This document shows, in pieces, positions 49,646 through 64,000 of a DNA stretch of 64,000 bases. The stretch lies in contig NC_058368.1 in NCBI RefSeq assembly GCF_018350175.1, positions 180,236,001 to 180,300,000 on the forward strand. Reading direction: 5' to 3'. Numbering within the stretch: position 1 is the first letter of the stretch; every line of letters starts with the position of its first letter. This stretch comes from Felis catus (Eukaryota). A program made the position numbers and the translations under genes. The notes below the pieces were generated by a model. That model saw only the letters and a list, made by a program, of their open reading frames with translations. It was not told the origin of the DNA and did not search any database.

Positions 49646-51716
49646 CTCTCTTTATAAAAGTATTCGAGTATCTTTAGAAACAAAGAAAATGTAAAAAGGA
49701 CAATAATAAAAACTTAATATTCTAGCTTCAGAAAAGGTTGCATTTTTTTTTCTGTAATACACTAAGGGAGTGGTCTAGAGAGGAAATACGTAAGGTTCAA
49801 CTAGGATACAATGCTCAGATCCTGCTTTTCTAATCATGAGCTAATACTTATTTTGAAAAAAGAACCCACTTTTTAAAATTAGGGGTTTATTGAATAGTTG
49901 ACTTCAACTCTCTACTGAATTTGCCCTTGATATTTGGCAAATTCTTTATATAAAACAAAGCAAGGGAAGTATGCTGGTCTAGAAGCTCAAGAAGGTCAAG
50001 GTTAGCAGAGAGCCCTTACACAATCTCGCCACCTTTTAATTTAAATAGACTATTTTTAGAGTAGATTTAGGTTCATAGCATATTTGAGTACAAAGTACAG
50101 AATTCCTGTATAACCCCGACCTCACACATGCACAGGCTCCCCCACAACATCCTGTGCCAGAGTGTACATTGCCCCCATCAGTGAACTTACACTGATACAA
50201 CATTATCAACCAAAGTCTATAGTTTACATTTGGGCTTACTCTTAGTGTTATATATTCCATGGATCTTAACAAACATAGTTTCTTTTCCTTAAAGAACTAA
50301 TTCTATTAAAGTTAGTTTTATAATTACAGCTAGTGCTTACTGGGGAAGGTAGGAACAATGTTCAAAGAGCCAATTGGGAGTGAAAGGAAAAACTACATTA
50401 TTGTCACCATTCCTTCCTACCTAAGGAATGTGGCAAAGGGTGGTGATCCTAACAAAGCAGAGGTCTCCCAGAGAGTGGTCTACAACAGGCTCTACTCCCT
50501 CTGGACCCAGTCTACAAAACACACTTACATGGGATTTCTGGACTCCTGTCTCAGGCACCAACAGTAGACTCAGCCTGGCATTCTTTGTGGCACGGTGGCC
50601 TCTCAGTGCACTGAGGCCCCTATTGCACATCTAAGCTCTATGTTCAGTTAAGAATTACCTGAGGATGGGACTTGCCCTTCCCTTTCCCTTAAAGAATACA
50701 GGGAACAATCCTAGATGGCCTTCCTTATGCACTAAACCTCCTTTCCTTGCCAAACTAGAAACAACTCAATTTTTATGAAAATTATGGAAATGTTTGTCTC
50801 TGGTTGCTTTTTGTTCTCTGCCAGGTTAACTGTATAGACTTTGTCCTATATATCACTCTTCAAGCCTGCAATCTCCAAGGATGCAGCCTCTTCCTGCTCT
50901 GTCCCACTTTATACCACCATGCTGGAGGCTTTTTATTCCTTTCTAAAGTGAAGAATTATTCTTGCTCTGATCTATTCCAAAGAAAGTGGGTTGGCAGAGA
51001 GTCCTTCAGCCACACCCTAGACCTCACCATTGGAGCCTTAGACCTTTTCAAATAATTCAGCTCACTATTTTAACCTATTTGTATCCATGCTGGTTTTCAG
51101 AAGCACTTACAGAAGTTTGAAAACATTCCTTATAAAGGTAACAAGTGGATCTGAATATTTGAGATATAATTGAGACTTCCCACGCTAGGGCTCTCTGGTA
51201 CCCTTTACTCATGGCGTGCTGCCCATGTCAGCTGAGAGCTCCTTAATGTCTGAGATAGAGTTTTCCTGGGGCCCAGTCGGGAGCCTGGTATGGCTAGTGT
51301 GTGTGCTCTGTTTATGTTTGTTTGCCATGCCTAAGTAGATTCATCCAAAACAGTTAAATGAGGCAACATCTGTCCTGTAGACTGCCTTTTACTAAAGAGG
51401 GGGTTGCAATTAAGTCTATCTGCAGCAGCTCTGGGATCTCCCGGCGAAGGAGAGCAGATACCACTACACCCATTTTAGAAATACGAAAACCAAAGCTTTG
51501 TGAGTTTGGAACCTTTGCCAAAGGTTACACAGTACAGCTGGAAATGGACCAGTTTCTTGGCTCCTGGCCCCTGCTCTAACCCCTGAAGTGTGTGGTTACT
51601 CGGCCTCAGAAATGGATGCAGCCTCTCAGGCTCAGCTGGATTGTGAACTGTCAGGGAGAAAACTTGAAAGTTCGATGGCCTTCTTGGCCACAGAGCACAT
51701 AGGTAGACAGGATTAG

Positions 51717-52177
51717 GTGTGGTAGGCTGAAAAATGTTCCTAAAAGACACCTCATTCCTGGAAACTGCAAATATTAAATGGAAAAAGGGTCTCTGCAGAT
51801 ATAAGTAAGGATCTTGAGATGGAGAGATTGTCCTGAATTATCTGGGTAGGCTCTAAAGGCAGTCACATATAACTTTATCAGAGAAAGGCAATGGGAGCTT
51901 TCACCCACAAAAGGAAAGGTGATTTGACAGAGACAGAGATTGTACAGATGTGGCCACAAGTCAAAGAATGCTGGCAGCAGCCAGAAGCTGGAAGAGGCAA
52001 GGAACAAAATTTCTCCCAGAGCTTTTGGAGAAAGTGTAGCCCTGATGTCTTGATTCTGTCCCAATGATACTGATTTTGGACTTCTGGCCTCCATAATTGT
52101 GAAGGGATAAATTCCTATTATCTTAAGCCATCCAGTTAGTAGTAATTTATTACAACAGTGATAGGAAATTAATACAT
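51717..52177 (+). mobile_element. MLT1C/D MaLR LTR
   Basis: tgtggtaggctgaaaaatg..aaggatcttgagatggagagatt..ccagaagctggaagaggcaagg..ggaaattaataca. Confidence 0.8.
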
Positions 52178-52392
52178 TTAGAATATGGGGGCCTAACCAC
52201 CATAAAAGGAGTGTTTGATTCATAGGACAGAAACTCTGAGCTGCTGACCCATCAGCATTTTCAATTCGCTTTTTATAAGCAGTGAGTGCCTGTGTGTGCG
52301 TAAAGGAATTTTAGAACTACACAGGTTCACCGGAGATAATATAGTCCAAAGGGACATAACGAAAGGATAGAAAATCAAGTCACCAGCAAGAT

Positions 52393-53010
52393 ACAGTCCT
52401 CCTTATCATGGATTCCATATTTGTGAATCTGCCATCACAATAACATTTATTTGTAATCCCAAAACTGATACCTGAAGAGTGAAGAGCTTTTTCAGTCATT
52501 CATGGATGTGCTCAGAGTAGTGAGAGATTTGGGTCATCCAAAGAACACGTTCCCAGCTGAATTACAAGGCAATGTTCTGCCATCTTGTTTTAGGTCTCAA
52601 ACAATTGTCCTTTTCATGGCCTATTTAGTGTCACATTTTCACATTATTGTGCTTTTTTGATGGTAATTTCACTGTTTAAAATGGTCCCCAACCATAGTGC
52701 TTAGGTGTTCCTAAGTGCAAGAAGGTTGTGATGTGCCTTACAGAGAAAATGTGTGTTACATAAGTTTTGTTCAAGTGTGAGTTATATAGGGCTGTTGCCT
52801 GTGAGTTCAATGTTAATGAATCAACTTAAATTATGTCTTTAAACAGAAACACACATAAAGTTATGTACTGATCAGTTAATGAAAATGTGGCCAGAGGCTC
52901 TAGGAATCTAATCCTGTTATTTTTCCAAGGAGTAATGGCTAACTATTCACTAGTTCAGTGTTTACAGCAACTTTATAGAACATAACTACCACAAATAATA
53001 AGAATTGACT
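52393..53010. mobile_element. MER82-like TcMar-Tigger DNA transposon
   Basis: ta-cagtc..ttatcatggattccatatttgtgaat..aaatggtcccca..tgagttcaatgttaatgaatcaac..aataataagaattgact matches my recollection of MER82. Confidence 0.75.
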
Positions 53011-53194
53011 TCAAAGTTGTTCTAAGTTGTTATAGATCAAATAATATAATGTTAACATATACAAGGCAGAATTTGACCAAACTAAAAGGAGAAATAGACA
53101 AATCTTTTTAAAAACAGTGGGAAAGTTTAACAAACTTCTTTCACCAACTGATTGAATATCAGATGAAAAAACCATCAAAATGTAAAAGATTTTT

Positions 53195-55295
53195 AAACTG
53201 AAGCAAAATCACATAACACAGGATTCCTCAACTTAACCATTTAAAAGTACAAAATCTATTGGTGTTTAGTACATTCACAGTATTATGCAACCATCACCAC
53301 TACATAATTTCAAAACATTTTTATTGTCCTATAAATTATAAACTCTATGTCCATTAAGCAGTCACTTCCTATTCCCCTTTAATTCCAGCCCCTGGAAACC
53401 ACTAATACACTTTTGGATTTGCCTATTCTGGATATTTCATATACATGGAATCATGCAATTTATGTCTGGTTTCTTTCACTTAGTATGTTTTCAAAGTTTA
53501 TCTATGTTGCAGTGTGTATCAGTACTTCATTCCTTTTTATGGGCAAATAATATTTCATTGTATGGATTACCAACTTTTGCTTATTCCTTCATCAGGTGAT
53601 GGAAATTTGGGTTATTTCTACTTTTATCTTTTATGTATAATGCTATTAACACTGTATACAAGTTCTCAAGTGATTCTCTTGGGTATATCTAGGACTGTTA
53701 TTGAAGGGTCAAGTGGTAGCTCTGTGTCTGACCACTCAAGGAACTCTTTTCCAGACTGTTTAACCAGACTGTTTTCCACAGCAGCTGCACCATTTGACAT
53801 TCCCACCAGCTGTGTATAAGGGTTCTAATTTCTCCACAACCTCATTAGTATTTCTGGCATTTTTATTGACATACCAGTCGTTGTAAAGGGGTAACACGTT
53901 GTGGTTTTCATTTGTATTTGCCTAATGGCTAATGATGTTGAATATCTGTTCATGTATTTATTGGTCATTATATACCTTCTTTGGAAAAATGTCTCTGCAG
54001 AGTTTTTTGCCCATTTTAAAATTGGGTTGTTTGTATTTTTGTTGAGTTTTTTATATATCCTATAAGAGAACATACAGCGTAAGAGATACTTATATATTCT
54101 GGACAATTCACTAATCAGATTTATGATTTGCAAATATTTTCTCCCATTATGTGGCTTGTCTTTTGACCAGCTTGATAGTGTTCCTTTGATGTATAATAGT
54201 TCTTAATTTTGATGATGAAGTGCGATTTATTTTTGTTTGTTTGTGCTTTTGGCTGTCAGATTTAATAAACAATTGCCTAATCCTAGGTCATGAAGATTGA
54301 CACCTATATTTCCTTCCAAATTTTATAGTTTTATCTCTTACATTTGGGTCTTGGATCCATTTTGTCAATTTTGGCATATAGTATGTAGTAGGGGTCCAAA
54401 TTCACTCCTTTGCGTGTGGATATCTAGTCATTCCAGCACCATTTGTTGAAAAGACTACTCTTTACTTTGTTGAGTAATGTTGGTACCCTTATTGAAAATC
54501 AGCTATGGGTTTATTTCTGGACTCTCAATTCTATTTCATTACTTTGTCTATCCTTTTTAATTTATTTTTATTTTAGAGAGAGAGTGAGTGAGTGAGTGAG
54601 CAGGGGAGAGGGACGGGGGAGAGAGAGAACCTCAAGTAGTCTCCATGCTCAGTGTGGAGCCCAATGCAGGGCTCAATCCCAAAACACTGGGATCATGACC
54701 TGAGCAGAAATCAAGAGTCAGACATTTAATTGATTGAGCCACTCAGGCATCCCAATCTCTATCCTTAATAATACCAGTTCCAGAACCCTTGCTTGGGATT
54801 CTCTCTCTCTCCCTCTCTCTTCCCCTCCCCCATTTGTGCTCTCTCAAAATAAGTAAACTTAAAAAAAAAATGCCAGTTCCATACTGTTTTGATTACTATC
54901 ACTTTCTATTGTTTTGAAATTGGGAATTTTGAATCTTCCCACTTTGTTCTTTTTTAGATATTCTCTAATTGGGGTTTCTTGCAATTCCATATGAATTTTA
55001 GAATCAGTTTGTTCTGCAAAGTTAGGTAGGATTCTACTGAAAAGTATAGTTTGTAGATTAATTTGGGGAGTATTGCCATCTTAACAATGTTAAGTCCTCC
55101 AATCCATGAACACAGAATGTCATTATTGAGGTTTGCTTTTCTTTCAACACTGTTTTGTAGTTTTTAGTGCACAAGTCTTATACTTGTTGGCTAAGTGTAT
55201 TCCTAAGTATTTTACTCTTTTTGATGCTATTATAAATGGAATTATTTTCTCAATTTCATTTTGTATTGTTTATTGCAAATATATAGAAATGCAAA
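53195..55295 (-). mobile_element. L1MB-like 3' portion with two SINE insertions (~54555-54752 -, 5'-truncated ~54785-54870 +)
   Basis: Antisense ORF2 C-terminus and 3'UTR (ttagtacattcacagtattatgcaaccatcaccac). Confidence 0.8.
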
Positions 55296-55969
55296 ACACC
55301 TGAAATTGTGGCAGCCATCTTGCTATCAGCTTGAGACTGATGTCAATGCTAAGAGCAGAAAAAACATGGAAACAACCATATACAAATGATACCATAATGA
55401 ATCAACTCAATCTGCAATCTCTACAACTGGACTGTTTCCTTAGTGCTTATGCCAGTTTATTTCTTTGAGAAAAAATTTTATGTGAAAAACTCTGTTGACT
55501 GCCCAATGTTTTCCCCTCTTTCTTTATTACTATGAGAACCTCATTCCTCCCTTCTGCCTAGGGAGGGAAGGGAAATATGCCCAGCTAAATGTTGCTTTCT
55601 CTTCAGATTTCAGCTAGAAATCACCATATGACCCATCTAATTCCAGCTACTGAGATAGAGAAACATTTCAGAGTAGGGACACATGAAAAATCTTTTTGAT
55701 GGGAATAGGCTTCTCCCCCACCCCCACCTTCTAAACTGTCACATTTAGGGTTATAGATAATATTTGCTGAATTGTGGAGTATTCCATCTAGGTATAGATT
55801 GTATATTATCTAGCAGATAACCTTCAGAATTTGGAGTGTGGCTTTGTTGCCATGGTTTAGTTTAGAAACAGTTTACATCCAATTTGGGGTTTTCTTGAGT
55901 TTTGTTTTTGATCACAAATTACTAGATAATAGTTATTTGCTGGTGTTGTTCAATAATGCACCATATTTA

Positions 55970-58610
55970 TTTTTTCTATTTACCTCTTGACTCCCTTCAC
56001 CCATTTCTCCCATCCTCCACTCATCTCTGGCAACCACCAATCTGTTCTCTGTATGAGGCTTTTTGTTTGCTTTTGTTTTGATCCCACACGTATGGGAGAC
56101 CACATGGTATTTGTCTTTCTCTGACTTATTTCACTTAGCATCATGCCCTTGAGGTTCATCCCTGCTGCTGCAAATGGCAAGATTTCATTCTTTATGATTT
56201 AATTAATATAACAATTTACTATCAATAGTGTACAAAATCTTTGCTATGTCTGCCTCCAACTTTTTGTCATAAACCTTTATACATTATGTGCCCATAAACA
56301 GATTTATTCAGTTGTCTTCTAAATAAGAAAAAATATTACAGACAAAAAAATACATAAGTATTGTCATTTATACTTATCTATACAGCTACCTTTACTGGCA
56401 TTCTTTACTTGTGTGGATTTGCATTACTATCTACTATTATATTGTAGGGAATGTCTGTCTACTAGTGACAAACTCAGTTTTTGAGAATGCCATTTTCATC
56501 TTCATTTGGGAGGGACTGTTTATAAAATTTTTATTTTAAATTCCAGTGTAGTTAACATAGTGTATTCGTTTCAGGTGTACAATATAGTGATCCAATACTT
56601 ACTTACATCACCCAGTGCTCATCAAGACATGTGCCTTCTTTAGTCTCCATTACCTATTTAACCCATTCCCCTACCTACCTCCCCTCTGGTAACCATGAGT
56701 TTGTTCTCTACAGCTGGGTCTGTTTCTTGGTTTGTCTCTTTTACTTTTCTTGTTTCTTAAATTCGAGTGAAATCACGTGGTATTTGTGTATTCGTGACTT
56801 ATTTCACTTAGCATTATACTCTCTAGTTCCAACCATGTCATTGCAAATGGCAAGATTTCATTTTTTGTGGCTAAATAATGTTCCATTGTATAACTTCATT
56901 TTTGTAGTTTTTCCAGACATTGAAGTCCTGGTTAACAGGGTTTTTTTCTTTCACCTCTTCAAATATGTCATTCCATTGTCTTCTGGTCCTCATGGTATTT
57001 GATATCCTATTGAAAATCCCCTGCACATGAGTAGATCCTCTTGTTCTCAAGATTCTGTATTTGTCTGTGTCTTTAAACTGTTTGATCATGTGTCTAAGAA
57101 TAGGTCTGAGTTTATCCTAGAGTTCACTGAACTGGTATGTGTAGATTTGTGTTTTTCATCAAATTTAGGAAGTTTTTAGCTATTTCCTCAAATACCTTCT
57201 GCCTTTCTCTCATCTGGAACTCTCATTATACATATGTTGGTCTTCTTGATGGTGTCCCATATGCCTCTTAGGCTCTGTTCATTCTTTTTCAGTTGGTTTA
57301 TCTTCAAGTTCACTGGTTCTTCCTTCTGTCTGCTCAACTCTGTTGAGCTCCTCTACTGAATCTTTCATTCCAGTTATGCTTTTCAGCTCCACAATTCTAC
57401 TTGGCTTCTTTTTATAATTTCTATCCCTTTATTCCTATTCTCTATTTGGGGAGATATTCTTATGGTTTCCTTTAGCTCCTTAAATATATTTCACAGTTGA
57501 TTGAATCATACTTATGTCTAATGTCAGGGTTTCCTGTGGGACTATTTCTATTATTTCCTTAGATATGGGCCATATTTTCTTGTTTCTTTATATGCCCTGT
57601 AACATTTTTGTTGTTGAATACTGGACATTTTGGATATTTTAATGTGGCAACCCTGTAATCAGGTACTCCCCTTCCCACCCCAGGGTTTGTTAGTGATGCT
57701 TGTTAACTTTTCTTATTTTGTAAAGTGTGTATTCTTTGTTGTGTGTAGCCACTGAAATCTCTGTTCTATTAGCTTAAGGTTAGCTAGTGATTGGACAGAG
57801 GTTTCCTTAAAAGCTTGTAATCTAAAATGTCTTCCAGTCTTGTAGATGGGCTCTGTGCATACTGGTACAACCTTCAACACTCAACCAGGAAGTTCACAAC
57901 TCTGCCTTCGTAGTTAATCCCGCTTGCACAAAGCCTTAAAATAAGCTAGAGGTGGACTTTTTAAAATTTTTGCTGAGCATGTGCACAGCCCTGGGCAGGT
58001 GCATGGCTTTCTAGACACCCAGGAATATGTCAGAGCCTTTCAAACTTCTTACTCACCAAAGCATCTCATTCCTCAGCCTCTTAGCAAGCTCTTTGGTTAA
58101 TCTATTGTTTTCCCAACTGCGAACTATTCCCTGAGCCAGCAACAACTAATATATTCACCTGTAAATGTTCTTGAAAAATGCCCTTAGGTAACTATCTCCA
58201 TACCAGAGAGTTCTGAGGTAAGACAAAGGCAAATCCTTTAAAATGGTACTCCAAGCCAGACAGTTCAAAACAAAGAAACAAATCATGTTTGCTTTTTTTG
58301 GGTGCAAATTAGTTCCATTATACTAACTGTGGAACTGATGTAGTTACAGGGAATGTGACTTTTCTCTTCAAGGCCACTGCTAAGCTAGGAAGAGGGGGAG
58401 GAGACCAGGGTAAGTTAAAATGCCACAAAGCTGTCCTTATCAAGATTCAGCTTTCTCTTCTTGATTGTGTTGCCCTGGCTACTGTAAGCCTCTAGATAGT
58501 TCCTGGCGTTCTGAAAAAGTTTTTTTTTTTTTTTTTCTGCCAGCTTTACATTCCTTTTAGTGAAGGCATACTTTTCAAGTTCCTTACTCCACCAATTTTA
58601 CAGAAGTCTG
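55970..58610 (-). mobile_element. Mosaic of L1 fragments: carnivore L1 3' ends within an old L1 ORF1/5' region
   Basis: gacttatttcacttagcat motifs at ~56122 and ~56795; antisense ORF1 remnant (RRQWNDIFEEVKEKN). Confidence 0.7.
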
Positions 58611-60356
58611 GATATGAAAGATTTAAAGAACTATATAGGATAGTATATCCAACAAACTGCAGACGTCACGTTCTTTTCAATGCTCTGACACAGGGCTGCC
58701 TCATACCTTCCCTCATCCAGAGGTCTGCCAGTAGTTCATTCTCTCCCTCCGCAAACCCATCTCCCCACTGGGAATTTTAGCTTTGTTTCCTGACAGTCCC
58801 ATTTTCTCCCAAAGACCGGCATATTAAAAACAAGCTAATCAGAGCTCTATTATTTTCTAAATAAGTTTCTTACTGTTTTAAAAAAAATTTTTAATGTTTA
58901 TTTTTGAGAGAGGGTGAGCAAGAGCCAGGAAGGGGCAGAGAGAGGGGGTGACAGAGGGTCTGAAGCAGGGCTCTATGCTCACTCAAGAGCCGTGAGATCA
59001 TGCATGACCTGACTCACCTAGGTGCCCCAGGAGAAGTTTCTGATATTACCTATCACCTAATGATATTTATAATTTCTGGTAAGACAATGTTTTCAAGATG
59101 AAATAATCACATAGTTACTATCTCAGGAAGCAGAAAACTGACTTGCCAGCATATGAACTAATCATGACCTCTGGTTAATTTAACACACTCCCCAGTCTTT
59201 CATTAGTTCTTCCTATCTCACTGAATCCTGTTTTGCACCCATAAAACTCCCGGATCTTCTAACCAATGGACTCAATACTACAGTAGTTTTTCTCTTTGCA
59301 GATACCAGGCTAAGAGGAAACTGTTTAGCTTCCATGTTTGCTAGAGGAAATAGTAGTGATCTAATGTGAACACCTCAAACTTTTACATACCCATTTGTTT
59401 GTAAATTGTAGTTATTGTTATAACTCATTAAAATCATCTCTTGGGTTCCTTTGGAGACCTTTGGAAACAGCATGGTACAGTTCATGTTCATTAAGCATTT
59501 GTTTTCCCAAATATTACATTAAGTTCTTTACATGAATTTTAATCTAATCTTTGTGCTGGCAAATTACATTAACTGCTGACCCAATAATCACTATTACTAC
59601 CCCCCTCCCCCACGCACCTTCCCTGACTACCCTTAGTGCCGGGAGAAATCTCCACCTTATCTTTTTACAACTCCAATTTCTTGGAGTGAAACAATACAAC
59701 ATGTCTAGGAGATGAATCTTGACTCATCTAAGGAAATCATGGCAAGTTTTCTCCTTTGCTTAGATATTCAAGTTTTCCAGCTTCCTTTGTGACTATAATT
59801 GGCACATAACTAACAAGATGTGAAGAGTAAGCTTCTGAAAAAATACCAGGCTGTTAAGTTTCCTGACCTTCCCCTGAATCCAGGTTTGTTATAGTGCCAA
59901 TGTCATCTTTTACTAAAACAGAAAAGAAGTTAAATTTAGGAGTCAGACACACATAGATATGAATTTTGGTTTTCTTCCTGAGCAATACAGGGGAAGATAC
60001 TTATTTCTGTGAAGCCTCAGTTTTGTCACTTGCTAAACAGGGAAAATGTTATGACAGAACAACAGAATAAATAATAAATGGGGCAATAAAGGTGTGTAAA
60101 TTTAGTTCCTGGGGTCTATAGTAGAGCTCAATAAATGGGACTGCTTATCAAATTAAAATGAATGAAAACACATCCCAGCCAAACCAATAAACACTCCCTA
60201 AGCCACATAATAAACCCTCTTCTCCATGGCCCCACTAAGTAATTTTGGTTTAATGGTCAGCAGAAATAAACGTATTTATGAAAGTTATGTTTTTCTTTTC
60301 AAAGGCCCAGTTGTTAGAAAAAAAGCACAAGTTATGTAGACAGCTGACAAATTTCC

Positions 60357-60362
60357 TTTACT
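60357..60362 (-). terminator. Candidate RARS1 poly(A) signal, variant AGTAAA
   Basis: ~90 nt after the stop, followed by a T-rich tract; no canonical AATAAA seen nearby. Confidence 0.4.
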
Positions 60363-60451
60363 TATTTTTGTATCCACATGATTGTAAAAAAGCAAACAGT
60401 GTTAAATGGCTATTTCTGGTAAAAACACACAGTGTTCAAACCTAAGAAGGA

Positions 60452-60561
60452 TTACATTCTTTGGACAGGTTTTATTCCCAGAATATCGAACGCCTTGGCC
60501 ATAACAGCAGCTACTGCTTCACACAGCAGCATACGCCACATGTTTACTTTCAACACTTGTC
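60452..60561 (-). CDS. RARS1: Cytoplasmic arginyl-tRNA synthetase, last exon
   Basis: ttttctcag|GA acceptor; [38 protein letters not shown]. Confidence 0.96.
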
Positions 60562-61383
60562 CTGAGAAAATAGAAAAAAAAAAAGATTAATTTGTCTTCT
60601 TGAAAACCATTACTAAAGAATCTGTATTACTTCTGTATTTTACTGAAAGGTGAATAGCCTAACCCATGTTTTGGGACTTTAACTAGAATTACCTTCACAT
60701 TAAAATACAGACAATCCAAGGTTAAAATACAGACAATTCAAGAGAGATGTTTCTGTTCAAGAAATCTGTTTCTGATAAGGGGATACAAGTTCTACAATGA
60801 TTAGAATGATAAATTTTATCTTTCTTCTAAAATTCTTTCAGAGTTTTATCTTAGGCCTCATAGTTTGAAATAACTATAAACTTTAATTTCAGGATAATGG
60901 TGAGATTATTTTTCCTAATGAAATTTCAATTCTCAGGCATGACTCTCAAAAACACCTACTTGCCCTGTAACAAATCACTTCAGTCTACTTCAGTAACTGT
61001 AACAGAAGCTAGCAGAAAGCCTAAGGTAAGAAAAGATACCACTTTTCTCCCAAAGGCAGCTTCCATTGTCAAAAACTCCCAAAGACTCATTCTGGGACCC
61101 TCAGTAACATTGCTTTCATTGGAAATGTCCTATTCCTAGTGGTCTTCCAATTGTTTTCTTTGGAGTTCTATGGTTGGTTCCATGCATGTGCTCGAGGGTG
61201 GGGAAAACTACTTTGTGTGGAATGAGAATTCCATTTATGCTTTTATTAGATCTAGTTGAATTTTGTCTGTTATATATGATAACGACCAGTGTATAGTTGG
61301 GAAGAAAATTTAGGAGGGGTGGGGGGCGGGGAGGTGTTCCATAAATAAAACAAGTTGAAAACCATCCATCCACACCCAATTCA

Positions 61384-61695
<312 letters not shown>

Positions 61696-61800
61696 TCAGG
61701 AAACAGCCATCATTTTCTTTTGTTAGGCACATCCTTCTCCACTCAGAAATATGTAATAAGAAATGACTGATGTAAATTAAAAATCCTATCAACTGATTCA

Positions 61801-62025
<225 letters not shown>

Positions 62026-62379
62026 TCATAGCTTACTGAACGCTGCCTTTGTCCTGATGCTAAGGCAGAAAAAGTAAACTTTAATAAATATCGACACTGA
62101 GGAAACATGGGCCAATCTATAAAAGGAATAATGAAAATATAACTCATCAGCTCTGCATAACAAAATGTTTTTCTATGAGATTTATAAAATATGAAGTGTC
62201 TGCTTGAATACTTTCCCCCCAATGTATTCAGTAGATACGAAATAGAAAGCACCAATAATTAGTTTATATCCACTTCATTCCATAAAGATTCTGAAGTAGC
62301 TTATAGAAAATAAAGTAACACAGCAAACTAGAAAAAAACTTAGGGTCGGGAAATTAACTGAAATTAAAACAGGGTGTCA

Positions 62380-62764
62380 CAATAGAATGGATAAATAAGA
62401 TATGGTATATATAGATAATGGAATTACTCAGCCATTGAAAAGAATGAAATAACATGGATGGATCTAGAGGGAATAATGCTAAGTGAAACAAGTCAGAGAA
62501 AGACAAATAGTATGTAATTTCACTCATAGGATTTGAGAAACAAATGATCAGAGAAAAAGAAGACAAAAAAACTGACCCTTAAATATACAGAACAAACTGG
62601 TGATTACCAGAGGGGAGGTGGGTAGGGAGATGGGTGAAACAGGTGAAGGGGATTAAGAGTACGCTTATCCTGATGAGCACTGAGTAATGTATAGAACTGC
62701 TGAGTCACTATGCTATATGCCAGAAACTAATGTAACACTGTATGTTAATTACACTGGAATTAAA
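62380..62764 (+). mobile_element. 5'-truncated carnivore L1 3' end in a RARS1 intron
   Basis: TSD aaaacagggtgtca at 62366-62379 and 62765-62778. Confidence 0.9.
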
Positions 62765-63794
62765 AAAACAGGGTGTCAGGAGTAGGAGGAAGAACTCGTG
62801 CATTATCGTATTGTTAATATTTAGCCATGCATTCTAAAGCACTATTAGGCCACAAGTGATTAAGGTTCTTTTCTAGACACAATGGAGTTGTCTATAGTAG
62901 ACTAACCCTTCTACCAAAAGCAACTATTTAAAAGTTGGATAAATCATAGGAAGCAACTATATGAAGTCACTAGAGAACATCAATATAAGCAAAGTTTGAG
63001 GGGCTATATATAATCTTTGGGAGAAGGAAAACACAAGAAGTTAAGTCTCACATTTACCTGACCTTTTCCCCTAGGGCACTGTCTAAATCACCATGTGGTA
63101 GTGACTGAAGGGAACAAAAGCCAAGCAGAAAGAAGTGGTCTTACTGGGGTAAGAAGAGGGAATTCAGAGTTTGGGGCTTCCAAAAGAGTGAGGAGAAAAT
63201 CACCAATATAACAAAGAGGAGTGAAAAACTGAACACCTTCTTTCAAACTATCCAATGGCTGGCATTAACAAGGCAGGACTCCCAAAAAACCCAGCAGGAA
63301 AAAGCAAACTGGTAGTTGAAGAACTGAGCAGAGATTTCAGCAGCTGTGTGAGGCTGGGGAGTCCCAGAAGGAGCAAGGGAGAAGGGCACTAGTGAATTAC
63401 CTGGTGAAACTAGAAGGGCCATATTTTACCAAAAAGAACTGTACCCTAATAGTAAAGATAAAACTGAAATGCTTCATTCAACCCTAACAGAGCTCCAGAC
63501 CAAGACCGACAGAATTAAGATCACCAGCTGGTATGCCATCTGCCAGAAAAGAACTTAATTGGTTTTTGGAGGAAGATGACATTATCCAAAACCTTTATAA
63601 TTTTGCATTCACAACATCCAGCATCCAGTTTGGGGGGGGGGGGGGGAGGCAGCTTAATAAAAAAGCCAGTTGCTATGACTGAAAACCAATGGGTGGGAAG
63701 AGGACCGACAAGACAACAGAAACAAAAAAGACAAAAGCAACTTTAAAATCTGGAACTGCTTAAAATAAAAAGATATTTAAAAATACTAATTACA

Positions 63795-63990
63795 GGAGCA
63801 CCTGGGTGGCTTGGTTAAGCATCTGACTCTTGAGTTGGGCTCAGGTCATGATCCCAGGGTCGTGGGATCCAGCCCCGTGTCAGGCTCCATGCTGGGTGTG
63901 GAGCCTGCTTGGGATTCTCTTTCTCTCCTTCTGCCCCTCTCCCCTGCTCACACCCTCTCTCTCTAAAATAAATTTGAAAAAAAGTAATAA
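63795..63990 (+). mobile_element. Can-SINE in a RARS1 intron (antisense to the gene)
   Basis: ggagcacctgggtggct head, CT tract, A-rich tail. Confidence 0.88.
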
Positions 63991-64000
63991 ATAAAAATGA

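Noticed and set aside
63632..63646. Poly-G run
   Set aside because: Homopolymer inside an old L1-like region; length unreliable and no evidence of function.

Overview
Eukaryotic (mammalian) DNA, almost certainly a felid, judged from the many SINEC_Fc-type Can-SINEs and L1_Fc-type LINEs. The window holds the conserved PANK3-FBLL1-RARS1 block, the reverse complement of the human 5q34 order as I recall it. It contains the last four coding exons of PANK3 (+) with intronic mir-103-1 and a probable ~6 kb 3'UTR, the intronless CpG-island retrogene FBLL1 (-), and the last three exons of RARS1 (-). The rest is mostly transposon debris: nested L1s, Can-SINEs, MaLR/ERVL LTRs, MER DNA transposons, MIR and L2. 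I found no wholly new biological system. Best leads: (i) two inverted young L1 copies bracketing FBLL1 that share an ORF2 frameshift; (ii) a 3'-truncated, tail-less L1 with a target-site duplication (TSD); (iii) a K-to-Q change in FBLL1 at the position of fibrillarin acetylation site K206; (iv) a G-to-R change in the conserved PANK ERFGLPG motif; (v) an exact ATF4/C-EBP element upstream of FBLL1. Repeat family names and reference protein sequences are from memory, and repeat boundaries are approximate unless a TSD is quoted.
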